DNA of 63,567 bases, the filler included, from Craspedostauros australis (lineage: Eukaryota), in the NCBI GenBank assembly GCA_030167865.1. It is 18 parts of 18 records of this genome, joined end to end, with 100 filler letters (N's around TTAATTAATTAA, not from the genome) between each part and the next. Parts side by side here need not be neighbours in the genome. Positions count along the whole stretch, not along the records: positions 18,723 to 43,771 come from JALAGF010002656.1; 17 more parts are not named here. The stretch is one strand, 5' to 3'. Each line of letters begins with the position of its first letter. The first letter of the stretch is position 1. A model generated the notes under the pieces. That model saw only the letters and a list, made by a program, of their open reading frames with translations. It searched no databases and was not told the DNA's origin. The translations under genes were made by a program, and so were the position numbers. Below are positions 22,715-34,753 of this stretch, in pieces.

Positions 22715-23558
22715 TCGAGATGAATGCGAGCGGTACATGGGATTGTGGCCGGGACAGTGGGCACCGGTATTCAACGTGGATGTAGACAATGGTGTGAGTG
22801 TGAATGTGGCAATGGGAATGCGATTGACAATTGACAATTGGTAGTGGGAGTACGTACAAGTGGCAGCGCAAGAGGTTGCAAACGAAAAGACAGAAATATG
22901 GATAGACAACAGATCGATCGCCGTACTCTTTACACATATAGCAGGGAATCGACACAGCGCAGGGGATTGGGTTACAACGCTGGATCTCCCTGCAAAAACA
23001 AAGAGCACAGTACGGGGCAATCATGGTATTCTGCCACGCGACGAGGCTACGAGAAACGAGCGTTGTCATGTGACGAACCGACTTTGAATACCAACAGATG
23101 CTCGAATGTTCAATGGAACGGACGCCTCCAATAACAATAAGTTGATATGCACTGATCGAAACACGATACTTCATACTGCTTCAATGATTATGGTACGTCG
23201 TTGCATCCCTTGCTCCTTCTTTCATCCTCATTCAAGCAGCATGAACGATTTGTGATAGTTCCCTGGTCCAGAGAGTTTCAGCAAAACAAGCAATCGATTC
23301 CCATCAACAACGTGGAGCCAGGGGTGAATTATTAATAACATTACATATTATCTTGTGAATCAACGAGTTAGGGTCCACTAACACTTTGATATATTTTGGT
23401 TATTATAAATATACCGATGACTCCCGCTGCGCACAAATCCTCTTGTCCACTCATCTTTCGCTTCTTGTTGTGCACCCATCCACAAGACCCAATCCAGCTT
23501 TTGTCCACAATCCAGTTGGGGAGCGAGAGGCCTCCCGGCAACGCAACATCCGAAGACG

Positions 23559-26500
23559 ATGACGACAACGACAACGACATCCACAGACACGGCAAATGCG
23601 GATACGGAGCGCATCCCGCTGCAGGAGCTCATCGCCATCGAAGCATCGCACAACGAGCCAACGCGCGCTTCATTCCCGGATCTGAGGCGCAAGACGTTGG
23701 ATCTGCTGTACGAATATGGAGAGGGCAAGGACAAGTCGCCGAAGGGATCGGTGGACGTGCTCATCCGCCCCCTCATCGACCTCCTCAATCATCATCCGGC
23801 CTACGCGTCGTTGTCGTCGTGCTCGGGTCGCATCTCCTTGTTCAATCCCAACCACGTGGCAGAGACGCAAAGCAATCGAGTGATCAGCGATGATGCTGCG
23901 ACGGATGCTGCTGTGACAGACGATGCTGCAATGGGAGATGCATCCACAGAAACAGAAACAACATCAGCAACAACGTCAAACGCAATCAAACTGGTGGAAT
24001 CCGGCAAAGGAACCGGCCGATGGTGGCTGGTGTCGCACGACCCAATCGACAACGATCCCGATGCAATCATCACATGCCTCGATGCGCACTCGTCCGACGC
24101 AACCTCAAAGCCGCTGGTCTTCAAGGTGGAGCCGTTGTTGTTACATATCACAGCCGCGACCGCTCATGATGCGCAAAAGTTGCTGCAGATCGCGCTGTCC
24201 TGCGGATTCCGTGAATCGGGTCTCATCGTGGCACCGACCAAGGTGACGGTAGCCATTCGCGGCTATTCGTTGGCATTGACGGTGCCGTTGGCCACTAGCG
24301 GGGAACTGCGGCCGCCCGATTCGTATCTGCGATCGTTGTTGGATATTGCCAACCAGCGGATGCACAAGAACCAGGAGCAGTCGCGGAAGCTGTATCGCGA
24401 TGTTCAAGCGACGTTGTTTCGACGGGCAGAGAAGGTGGTCTCAACACGATGCGTTGTCGAAGTGACTCACCAGCTGCCGCCGCTGAACATGTGGGGTCAT
24501 GCATGCGTCTATCGTCGACACAGCGACCAATCGCAAGGCCACGAACACAATAACAACAACAACCTGACAAACGCGCCCGCAGACATTTGGGTGTTTGGTG
24601 GATACGGGGCTGGTCCTTTTGCGAACACCTCCGGCAACCGCCAACCCGGTAGCTCCAGATCGTCCAAGGTGTACAAACTAGAAAAGCGCAATGGCGATTG
24701 GGCGCCCGCATGGATGGAAGTTGCAACGCCGCAAGTCGATGCTACCCAGTCCATTACATGGCACGGGATGCAGCTCAACGCATGCCAATATCCTGCAAGC
24801 CAAGGTGCCGTCGCATGCCTGTTGCAAGCGTCCGTATCGCGGTCAAGCATGCTGCTGTGGGGAGGACGCAAAGGACCGAAGGAGGCCCTGAATCGAATAT
24901 ACCTCTACATGCCTTCGAACTCCAGTGTTGATGCATCCCAAGGCCAACAGCGACAAGCGCAAGCAACGACATTCTACACACCGTCGCAAGCGTCCGTTCG
25001 TGGCGACCCCCCTGTCGCCCGTTGGGGACACACGATGACTGCGCTACCTGGCGACGCAACTACCATCCTGCGTCTGCTAATCATCGGTGGATGCAATGCA
25101 GATGGTGCCATTGTTGATGCAGACCAATTCGCATTCATGCTTTCCATCGTGCGAATTCCAGGCGCAACAGAGGCGGAATTTGTGTGGGAGCAAGTGGAAG
25201 TGAATTCCGACTCAATCCGGCCATTGTTTCATCACACGGCGGTGCACATGCCGCAAACAGCCGCATATAACAATGAGTCGGCACCTTCGGCAGCCGCAAC
25301 TGCAACCACAATCTCAGCGCAAGACGGAGACAGCCACGAGCTGATCATCAGCGGAGGCTTGAAGGTGACGAACGATGACCTGCTCGGTGTATTCGATCAA
25401 CAGGGCTCGCCGAAGGTGTGGCAATGCACCGTCACTAAAAACGCGAGTGGAAGTTGGACCATGCATGCAAATCCCATTGCAAGTGGTGGCAGCGATGTAG
25501 GCTCTACACGGACGCCTTCTTCACAAGAAACGGCACTCAACATCAAGGTTGGGATGGGAGGGTGCGCGAACCTTGTGGCATCCACAAATGACACTGCTAC
25601 AATCATTCTCACTGGCGGATGTCCTATCAATACCACACCAGCTGATGCACACAAAGAGCAACCTTGTTTCAGCAGCAGGAGTGGCAGCACCAGCACCCCT
25701 GCGGTCACCGCAGTCCAAATCGCTCTACACACGGAACATAAAGGCAGTCGCATCATCCAACACATTCCCACAGTTACACAATGCACAAATCTCGATCCGC
25801 CATCGCTCGATTTTGGATCATTGGTGCATCACGCATGCGTGTGCGACACCACGACAAATGAAATCATGTTGATCGGCGGAGGTGTGGCCGGTTTTGCCTT
25901 TGGCGATGTCTTTGCTCGGTAAGTCCTCTGACGCAGTGCATCATACGCATGTAATGCAGCATCAACATTCTTTGTCTCTCCTGCATACGCCCTCATACTC
26001 TCCTTCCGTTCCGTTGCTATCTCTTCTCTTCTCTGACAAACACCCTTTTTGGTTTGTGCATTCACCACTCCTCACACCACCTGCAATGATGGTCTGACAG
26101 ACCCTATGCGGGACGGTTGCAATTGGTACACAAAGAACGCATTCTCGGCCAACACGACGACGACGGCGGTGGCGCTGCTGTGGGCAACTTTGATCAAACA
26201 CAGTCGTCATCAATCATCATGAAAAAGAAGAAGCAATCCGCAGGCTCCAGTTTGCGGAAGGACTCCACCACATCCAATTCATCGAACGGCCTCCACATGC
26301 CCCCGCCAACTGCACATGTTCTGATCGTGGAGGCAAGGAACGCCAAGGTCATCAAACAGACGCTCGAGGCAGAAGGACTGTTGGACAAGCGGTACCGCAT
26401 GGTCCCCTACCAAAACGATGATGGACAAGACAGTGATCATGTCTCCACCGCAGAACAGCAACACCCACAACGAAAACTGATTGCTGTACCGATTTGTGCT

Positions 26501-26623
26501 GATCCTAGATCATGGAAGAGCACAGAGTGGGCAAGCATGGTGATCGAAGAATTGCAGCAGCACGAAATGCCATTCGCAACATCTCAGTTTGCAAGAAAGG
26601 TGAAGAAGGTGCCACGGACGTAA
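23559..26623 (+). CDS. TYW3: tRNA wybutosine-synthesis protein: TYW3 methyltransferase + Kelch repeats + short TYW2-N-like tail; exons 23559-25918 and 26101-26623
   Basis: TYW3 motifs DKSPKGSVD..SSCSGRI..FKVEPLLLHI..GFRESG..VAIR. Kelch-type motifs WGH, VFGGYG, RWGHT, LIGGG. Intron GTAAG(25919)..CAG(26100) joins in frame as FAR-PYAGRLQLVH. Confidence 0.88.
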
Positions 26624-27518
26624 CGTAGAGTAGAGCGAAGATGGTTTGCGCCATCCTGTGCACTGCGTTGTTTTCCTACTCTTTGTCTATGAAAATGATT
26701 GTCATGTTCGTAATGGAGGCGCAGTTCCAACCGCAACCTCGGTGAATAGTGCATGGGAAGAAGACTGTGCCGTGCCGGTACACCCGCTGAAAATGTAGTC
26801 GCAGGCACGCTGGATGGATGGTGCCCCGCAGAACTAAAAGAGAGGAGACCTTGAAGACACGCTGCCAGTTGCGTTGTCTTGGCTCTTTCCAATGATGCAA
26901 AAAGGAAGGGTTGTGGTTGGCAATGGGTCGGCACTTTCCAGTGCTCCCGTGTGCGCGTGTGCATGCATTACATGCCGCTGCGTGGAAGAGGTCATCCGGG
27001 GTCCAGATGCCAAGTGTTGGGTTCACATTCGTGGAATGTGAAACCTGTAGCGATAGTTCTGACTTTATCAGTTTCTCGTGCTCGCCAAGTCTATCAGACT
27101 GTGCGCGAAAGTCATCACGCCGTGAAAATCACGATGTTGATGTCCCACCGGGCGCGCTCCCTTGAGGAGTCTCCCGTGCAGGCACCTGGACACACGACCA
27201 TTGCCAGATATCGATGTCCAGGATTGCAGTAGGTCTGCGTCATTGACGCTTGCCACTGCACCAACCACCCCCTTGTCCCTTCCGCTAAAAGCTCATCTTT
27301 ATATACCGTAACAGAGACTGCGCATATCCATTCAGGTTTTGAAGGGAAGTATGTACCTACGTGGATGTTGGAGTTTCTACATAGTACTGGACGAGAGTAC
27401 TTGGCGTGTGGTATCGCTCGTACTGAATGATGGGCTTGACTAGTACCTCGACCTAGTTGAGTATGATAGTTCATGGTCTTCCACTACAAAGAGCATTCGG
27501 GCATGGCCCAATGCAACC

Positions 27519-28970
27519 TCACTGCGAGGAATCGTTGTGAAGCATGATTGCCGCAGCTGATGTGATGGAGGCTGTTTCAGCTCGCAGCACCAGCGATCCG
27601 AGCGAGACGCTCTGCACGGATGGAGATGCGGGCGCTGTTGCATGCTGGGCGAACAATTCAACCTCCGATGGGCTCCACCCTCCTTCGGGTCCGACGAGCA
27701 CATTGACCGTGTCAATAGCTGGCGACAGATCACGCAGGGCATCCGCCATGGGTTCGCTCTTGCTGCGTTCTTGGCAAATGAACCACGCCTCGTTCGTTGG
27801 AACAGCCGACGATTGCTGCCAATGCGTTTTGATGAAGATCGACAGCGGCTGCACGTGCTGCGACACGGAAGGCACGGTCAATCGTTCGCATTGTTCGGCC
27901 GCCTCCCAAACATGGAGACGGTTGCGTTCGGGATCCCAATCCTTGCGATCGATTGTGGAGAATTCGGTGTCCAGGAAGTGAATGCCATCCACGCCGAGCT
28001 CCGTGAGCTTTTCCAGGGCCCATTTGCGCTGTTGCTTCTTCGGCGGTGCCATGTACAGGTGGACCTTGAGGCGTGGTGTGGCAGCGGAATCTTGCGGTCG
28101 CAACTTCCGGACGCATTCCGCGACAGCATTCTCCGTTGAGGAGGCGACATCGCCACGGCGTTTGCGCTTCTTCGTCTTTCCGCTGATACCGCCATCGAGC
28201 GCTGCGATGACGAACTTGGCAAGCCACTCCCCGTCTTCGCCATTGAAGATCCTGACGTAATTGGTGAGATCGCCCCAGCGCTTTGGCTGCGAGAGGCGCA
28301 TGACGTTGAGCAAATAATGCGATTGGTCGGCGGAGATGGTGACGAGGGACTTGGCTCGTAATCTTGCAGTGACTGGTGCTGACATCGTCGTCGTCGTCCG
28401 CATGGCTGCTGATGCCGCTGCGGTCTTCATAATATCGCTGGAATCCGCAGATGATTGGCTGGTGTCAACTTCCTTGTCGTCAACGCTTGCGGCGGTTGGA
28501 GAAGGGATGTAGATCCTCGGCAGCTTTGTGAAATCGAGGCCATCCAGTTCCACGTCCCCCGACGTATCATCGGGCTCCAACTGTTCTGTTACATCATCGT
28601 CGACGTCGTTGCCATTGCTATTCGTCGTGGAATACAGCCTCATCGTTGATATCGAAGAAGCCTGACGCAAGGCATTGAATCGATGATGACCAGCATATGG
28701 TTGCATACGAGCATGCGCGTGCATCTGCGCCTGCCTTCGTTGCTGCAGGAAGACTGCCGATCCAAAACAACGCCCGCTGCGATGCTGGTACGGCGAATGC
28801 GCTCCCACCAAATGGCGCGAGGCCGCGTGTGAAGTTCGCACGCTGCTGCCCGCGAAACCACGGACTGCCGGAGTGGCAGACACGCAGCACATCATGAGGA
28901 TGGCCCGGGTCGTCCTTCTCCTTCGCAGCAGCTGCACGCGCGAAGATGATGATGCAAGGATTGTCGACAT
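27519..28970 (-). CDS. rsmE: 16S rRNA m3U1498 methyltransferase RsmE with N-terminal organellar targeting extension (start approximate)
   Basis: Motifs HYLLNVMRL, RIFNGEDGEW, EKLTELGV, EAAEQCERLTVP, LVGPEGGWSPSE, SLGSLVLRAETA. Long Ser/Arg-rich presequence. Confidence 0.92.
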   Translation of the reverse strand: MSTILASSSSRVQLLRRRRTTRAILMMCCVSATPAVRGFAGSSVRTSHAASRHLVGAHSPYQHRSGRCFGSAVFLQQRRQAQMHAHARMQPYAGHHRFNALRQASSISTMRLYSTTNSNGNDVDDDVTEQLEPDDTSGDVELDGLDFTKLPRIYIPSPTAASVDDKEVDTSQSSADSSDIMKTAAASAAMRTTTTMSAPVTARLRAKSLVTISADQSHYLLNVMRLSQPKRWGDLTNYVRIFNGEDGEWLAKFVIAALDGGISGKTKKRKRRGDVASSTENAVAECVRKLRPQDSAATPRLKVHLYMAPPKKQQRKWALEKLTELGVDGIHFLDTEFSTIDRKDWDPERNRLHVWEAAEQCERLTVPSVSQHVQPLSIFIKTHWQQSSAVPTNEAWFICQERSKSEPMADALRDLSPAIDTVNVLVGPEGGWSPSEVELFAQHATAPASPSVQSVSLGSLVLRAETASITSAAAIMLHNDSSQ

Positions 28971-29493
28971 GCTGAGCAGGGGTTGGCGCAATGATAACGA
29001 TTCAAATGTGTGGCAAGCGAAGGGAGCTTGTATGGCAATATAGTAGTCTCGTATGGCAACGCGGGTACCTTCGTTTCGTTGCCTCTCTTGGTGTTGTGTT
29101 GATGTGTTGGCGCATTGTTGTGTTTGCAGGTTGCGTCCAAAGATCCTTCTCGCGGTTCCTTGTCGGATTTGTGGTCCCAATCGTGACAACACGGGATTGG
29201 AATACGGGACTGAACCACGTGATTCGCAAAAGACAACAAAACAAAACAAAACAACAACAACACGACGAAACAGCCAACAAAAGAGAGCCACGATGGCGCG
29301 ATCAGATTTGTGACCGTTGGCTGCAAGCAACGAGGACCGTCATTGCGGCCATCGCCCAAACACACAACCAACCCACCAGTCCCATCAAGCATATCTACAC
29401 ACATACGTACATGCACCCACTCCTCTTGAACGCTTCTTGACGAGCAGAGACAAGACGCAATACGAGTAACATATTATATAACATAATAGTAAC

Positions 29494-31879
29494 ATGGCGA
29501 TCACAAGAAAGTCGACAAAAGAAGGCGCACGACAGAAGAAGCAGAAGAAGAAGACCGCCGAGCAGCAGCGCGAAGGCATCGGGAGTGTCCGCGAGGTTGC
29601 ATTCTGGGCAACGCTGGTGATCGCCGTCCAGATACTCATCACATTGCAGCATCAAGGGAGCACCAAGCATGAGCGGTCGGAGCTGTCGGTGTGGAAGCAG
29701 GGCGATGTGTTGAGGCAGCAATTCACGAACACCAGCCATCTCTCCAGCGATGGCCAATCGATGGCGCACACGAGCTCAGCAAGAAGATCGAAGGCGACGA
29801 TATCGCAATCAACTTCGGGGCGTGGACGTTCTGGAAAAGAAAGGCCGTCCGTCGGCACATTCAACGGCGTTCCAATACGCAATCTCGAAGTGCCGACAGC
29901 TGCGGATCCAGGCGATGGGCAAGCCAACGACAAAAATGAGGCCGCGAGGCAAGCTGCAGACAAAGAGACGTCGACGCAGCCGTCGCTATACTCGCAGATA
30001 CACTGCGTGGGCGACGCCTACACGCGCGAAGTCAGCCGCGTGAAGATGGACACGCCGTGGATGTCGCGGTCCTGCAAGTTCGAGCTGCTTTGCTACGACA
30101 CGCATCGCAGCGACTTTGTCGTCTTCCAGGACCCGAAGGAACAGGAGATGGCGCGCTTCGTGCAGGAACGGCCCTTCCTGCTCATGTCGCAGTCCGTCCT
30201 CCTCTCGCAGCATGTGCACAATCCCGAACACAACGATACGGACGGCGTCAAGGATTTCTACATCTCGCTGGGTGGGATCAATCAGAAGTGGGGGCACAGG
30301 GACGGCGTGGGCATACCGAACCTCAAATGGTTCCCGCGCATCATCGAGACATCCGCGCCGGTTAGGGACATCCACATGCTGCCGTCGAACGTGGTGCTGG
30401 CGCCATTTCATTCGTTGGCGGCCTTCAATCCGGGACACTTGGTTTGGGATGACTGGCTGCCCGTGTTCACCTTGCTCACCATGTTCCAATTTGACAATGT
30501 GGACGATGATCTGTTGATGCCAAGACCTGCGGTCGTCAATGGGGAATCGAGTCTGGCCTCCGGCAGCGGATACATCGATGGGACGGACGAGCTGCTGCCA
30601 TACGAACCGCTGCTCATGCGGGTCGTCGTTGCGGATCTCTGGGCCACCTGCGATTGGAAGCCGAATGGCAAGGACATTGGCAAGGAAAAAGCCTGCCATG
30701 CCATGCACAACAAGTTTGGTGCGCTCATCACGAAGTATCCCGTGCTCTCCACCAACAGGACGCAACTCTCGATGGTGCCACCAGAAACGGCCAGGCGGTA
30801 TGTCTGCGCAAGGCAAGGCGTGGCCGGGATGGGCTCCTTGACGGATCATGGCATCTCGAAGGGGCATGGGTTCCACCGCAATGATTACGATTCGACTCAA
30901 AACTTGGGACGCGGCGGGTTGCTGTGGAAGTTCCGCACCTACATGATGAGGCAGCTCAACGAGCGCATCGCTCTCAAGGGCGACATGCCGCTGAAGTTGG
31001 AGGCGCCTCGGTGGAACAAAGATCACACATTCCGCGTTACCTTCTCAGTGGCGTCCTCCGACAAGACCAACCGCAGATTGATGTTCAAGGAAGAAATCGC
31101 CGCGCTGAACGCAAAGTACAATGCTGAACCGAATCCGGTATCGGACCTTCCCAAGATCGAGATCAATTCCTACAAGATGTCGGATCATTCGATGGCGGAA
31201 CAGGTGGAGATCGTGAGCCAATCGGCTGTCTATGTGACGGCTTGCGGAGGTGAGTTTCTGGGTGACGCTGCGGGGTTTGGTGGGCGTGATGCGCATTGGA
31301 AGAATAGATCCTACGAGTACGAACCATCGACGTCGTCATCGCAACTGGTTCGCTGTTGATGATTCCAACAACGCCAACGGTTGCGAGTATCACAGCGTAT
31401 GGTATACGTTACGTACCATCGCCAGGATTTGCTCGACTTGCCTTCACTCTGTTCGTACTCGTACTCGCCATCGTAACCGTCCTCACATTCTCTTGTGACT
31501 GATTCTCTTCTTCGTCCCGCTCTTTTCGCGAACTTGGTGACGCTTTCATCACACCGCATCTCATTTGCATGCTCAACGACCTGCAACGCATTGGCTTGCC
31601 TTGCCTTGCCATGCAACAGGTGGTGCCGTCACAGCATCGTTCCTCCCCAAAGGCGCCACGCTCTTCCTGTACTGCCATGAGAAGGGCGGCATCGAGCACA
31701 ACAAGTTCACGGGCCTGCCAGCCCGGCTGGATTGGGATCTATTCAACGCGCTGTCGTACGTCCGTGTCATGTGGATGCCTGTCAGCACTCGCAAAACCCA
31801 GCAAGATCTAAGCATGTTCGTCGACGTCGTGCAACATTCGTTTGAACTGCTGATACAGCAGGAATCCGAGACCTTGTGA
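29494..31879 (+). CDS. Type II membrane glycosyltransferase, GT61-like; exons 29494-31249 and 31620-31879
   Basis: N-terminal signal anchor VAFWATLVIAVQILITL, then NPGHLVWDDWLPVFTLL and SMAEQVEIVSQSAVYVTAC. Intron GTGAG..CAG restores TACGGGAVTASFLPKGA. Confidence 0.75.
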
Positions 31880-33598
31880 GGAACCCAGCAGAGAAGATAG
31901 AGCACAGGCACGAGTACGAGTACCGTACATGCAAGGTGCTTAACTTTATCAATTCGATTCTGTGCTTGAGAGTCTCCTAAAATAAAGCGGTAGCTGTCGA
32001 GGAGTGATGTATGGTAGTCCACGAAGATCTGGCAGAGACGACGGAAGACTCATTCACAGGCACTGGTGTTGTCTTCGTTGGTTGTGGTTGCATGCGACAG
32101 CCACGGCGACGATGTGAGGGATGTGAGTGTGGATCCTCTTGGGTAGCAAGACAGCATCATCATGGGACCAATTCGATAGCGCCTTGATCTGGGCGTGGGG
32201 AGGGCGTTGGAGTCTCAGCATGTCAAGACATAGTGATGATTGAGTTGCGCGACCATTGAAAAACATGATACGGCGTCAACTTCTCTCCCGAAGCTGCCTC
32301 CTCCTTCCTGAGTGGGGAAAGGCAGAACCTCTCTCCAGCATTGCTCTTCAGTGCTCGTGACTTGTATCCATGCTTCTCTTGGATTCCTGTTTTGATACGT
32401 GAGGAATGATCACCCACCCGCCAACTGACCGGTCAACCTGCCACGTCCGGACGGTCGATGAACGAGCCAAGCGCACATCTCCACACTCTGTTTTGCATTG
32501 GTTTGGATAGGTTTGGATAGGTTTGGATGATTTCTTCTGTCAACACACACACACATACAAGTACACGAGAGGCGACGAAGCCGTGGATGGAAAGACCGCA
32601 ACGATGATGTCGGCGTTCAGATTGCATTCTGATTGTTCCCGGAGCCCTCTCTGGATGGAACTTCAATGCCGCAATGCAGGGCTCATACACTACGTGCGAC
32701 AAATTAGGTAGCAGCATTGACTAAATGACCTCAGTGCGCACCTTGGAAGGTTAAACGAACGTGTTCTGTCATTGTCCACCAGAATGGTTCGGGACACTTC
32801 CCATTCCTCCACGACGAACAGAAAGCAAGATCGCTGCCCCAAACATACACGCAGTTGGGTGCTACTATTAGTGTTGTGACATCATTGCACCCGGTGCGAC
32901 AACCATAGGCCGAATCCCGATTAAGAGAAAACCAAAGTGATGATGATTCTCGTTGACGATAGATGACTCCAGGTCACTTTGTTGTCACTCGAAGACCACA
33001 TCAACATTTCAGTTGCGGTTCGCCCACGGAGCAGTATTCGTGTTGTTGCGTCCGTTGCAGAATGGCGCAGAGTGTCTGTACCGCATGTGTCTGCGCTCTC
33101 TGTCATTTGTCACCCCCAAGACCAACACCGTTTCCGATGCCATCCGCTCGAAGAGAGAACAGCGGGAGCTCTCTGTGCACTAATCGGAAGCGCAGCGGAG
33201 TCCATAACATCGCTGAAAGGTTGCATCTCTCTCCAACCCAGAGCACAGGAATCACAACAGAGGACGATCCGGCTTCAGCATCATCCTGTCTCAATCGCAA
33301 TTTGCATCATCGTGGAGCCTCTGCAGTCGTGCTCCACCATCAACGTATCGCTCATACAAGTATTATGACCAGCAAGTATAATAGATCGCACTAGTATTCT
33401 ACAACACAGCACATACAGATTGGAGCGGAACCACCAACCCTCCCAAACAGACACAACAAAGGCACCATCATCATTGCCCTTCTTCGTTATCTTCACCCAA
33501 CTTGAGCAGATCAACCAGGAGCGACACCAACAGTCACGCTCATATTAGTACTCTGCTCCACTCTGCTGTACTCTGCCCGAATAGTTCGTAGCACAAAG

Positions 33599-34465
33599 AT
33601 GCAGTTCGGACAACAACACACGATGCCGAGACGGCGACAGGATCCGTTCTTCCGCCGCTGCAGACAGCCGCCCAACAGACAGTCCTCGGAGCGCCGTCGC
33701 GTTCTCAAGGAGACCGAACAGAATGAGAGGATGATGATGAGGACCCTGCGTCGACAGGACAGCTTGACGACCACGAACACGGAGACGACGTACTCCATGG
33801 AGACCAGCTCCGTGTCGACGCATCACTTCAACACTTCTCCCCAACACCGCAGATCGCCGACGTCTTCTCGCGAGAACAACAGCAACAGTACCAACGCTAC
33901 TGCGAACACCAACAGCCCAAGAGGCAGCACCGGCGTTCCTGCTTCACCCATGCAACCTCCGGCGCAACCGCTAGTGCCAACTCGCAATCCGCCGAACTCC
34001 ACGGGCCTGCCGTCTCTGCCTTCCAAACGATCCTGCGTGGCGAGGAAGCATCTCGTGCGCGCCGTGATCCATGACTTCTACGACGATCTCAACTCCAACA
34101 TCACCTCCAAATCCATCGAGATCTGGAAGTCCCTCTACGAACGATATCACTCCCCATCCTACATCATGGTGCGCCCGTCCGGCAATCCGTGCGACACGGC
34201 CGGCTTCATCCAGATGCTCATCGCCAAGGACGTCGAAATCTACGAGTTCAAGCTGCAGAGCGTCGACAACGTCCAGCTCATCGCCGACGATACCGTCGCC
34301 ATCGTCACGTACACCGTTGATCAGAAGTTCAAGTTCAAGAACACGCATCATGAGGATCGCGTTACGAACACTTGCATCCTCGAGGATTGCAACGGCGATA
34401 TCAAGATCTGTCATGAGCAGCGTAGTACCGGCAGGCCCATACCGCAAGATGATCAAGCGCAATAG
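33599..34465 (+). CDS. Disordered N-terminus + NTF2/SnoaL-like domain (DUF3804-like)
   Basis: YIMVRPSGNP..YTVDQKFKFK..EDRVTNTCILE..IKICHEQRSTG resembles the RPSGNP/QRSTG signature of DUF3804. Confidence 0.72.
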   Translation: MQFGQQHTMPRRRQDPFFRRCRQPPNRQSSERRRVLKETEQNERMMMRTLRRQDSLTTTNTETTYSMETSSVSTHHFNTSPQHRRSPTSSRENNSNSTNATANTNSPRGSTGVPASPMQPPAQPLVPTRNPPNSTGLPSLPSKRSCVARKHLVRAVIHDFYDDLNSNITSKSIEIWKSLYERYHSPSYIMVRPSGNPCDTAGFIQMLIAKDVEIYEFKLQSVDNVQLIADDTVAIVTYTVDQKFKFKNTHHEDRVTNTCILEDCNGDIKICHEQRSTGRPIPQDDQAQ

Positions 34466-34753
34466 AAGAGTTAACTTGGCCGTTTGGGCTTTCAGAGGTT
34501 GGTCATGCACATAGAGTAGACTGCATAGTATACGTTGTTTGCCACTCTGCCCATACCCATCGTGCCTACGAGCTATTGCATTATACAGGTACTATTTCCT
34601 GCCCATATTCTGTGTCCACAGCGGTATCCTCAACTCGTATCCTCGATGCGTTGAGCCTGCGTTCGTATCAGCGACTGTCTGCAGAGAGAGAGAGAGAGAG
34701 GAATCTCCGCCAGTTGCATCCCACACTCCATTGCCCAACTGCCTTGCTCCGCT

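Noticed and set aside
28971..29330. Tool-predicted N-terminal extensions of RsmE (also RING 37229-37489, ELP5 40155-40352, BAP31 60675-60842)
   Set aside because: They look like UTR or promoter sequence and often rest on non-ATG starts; downstream ATGs fit better.
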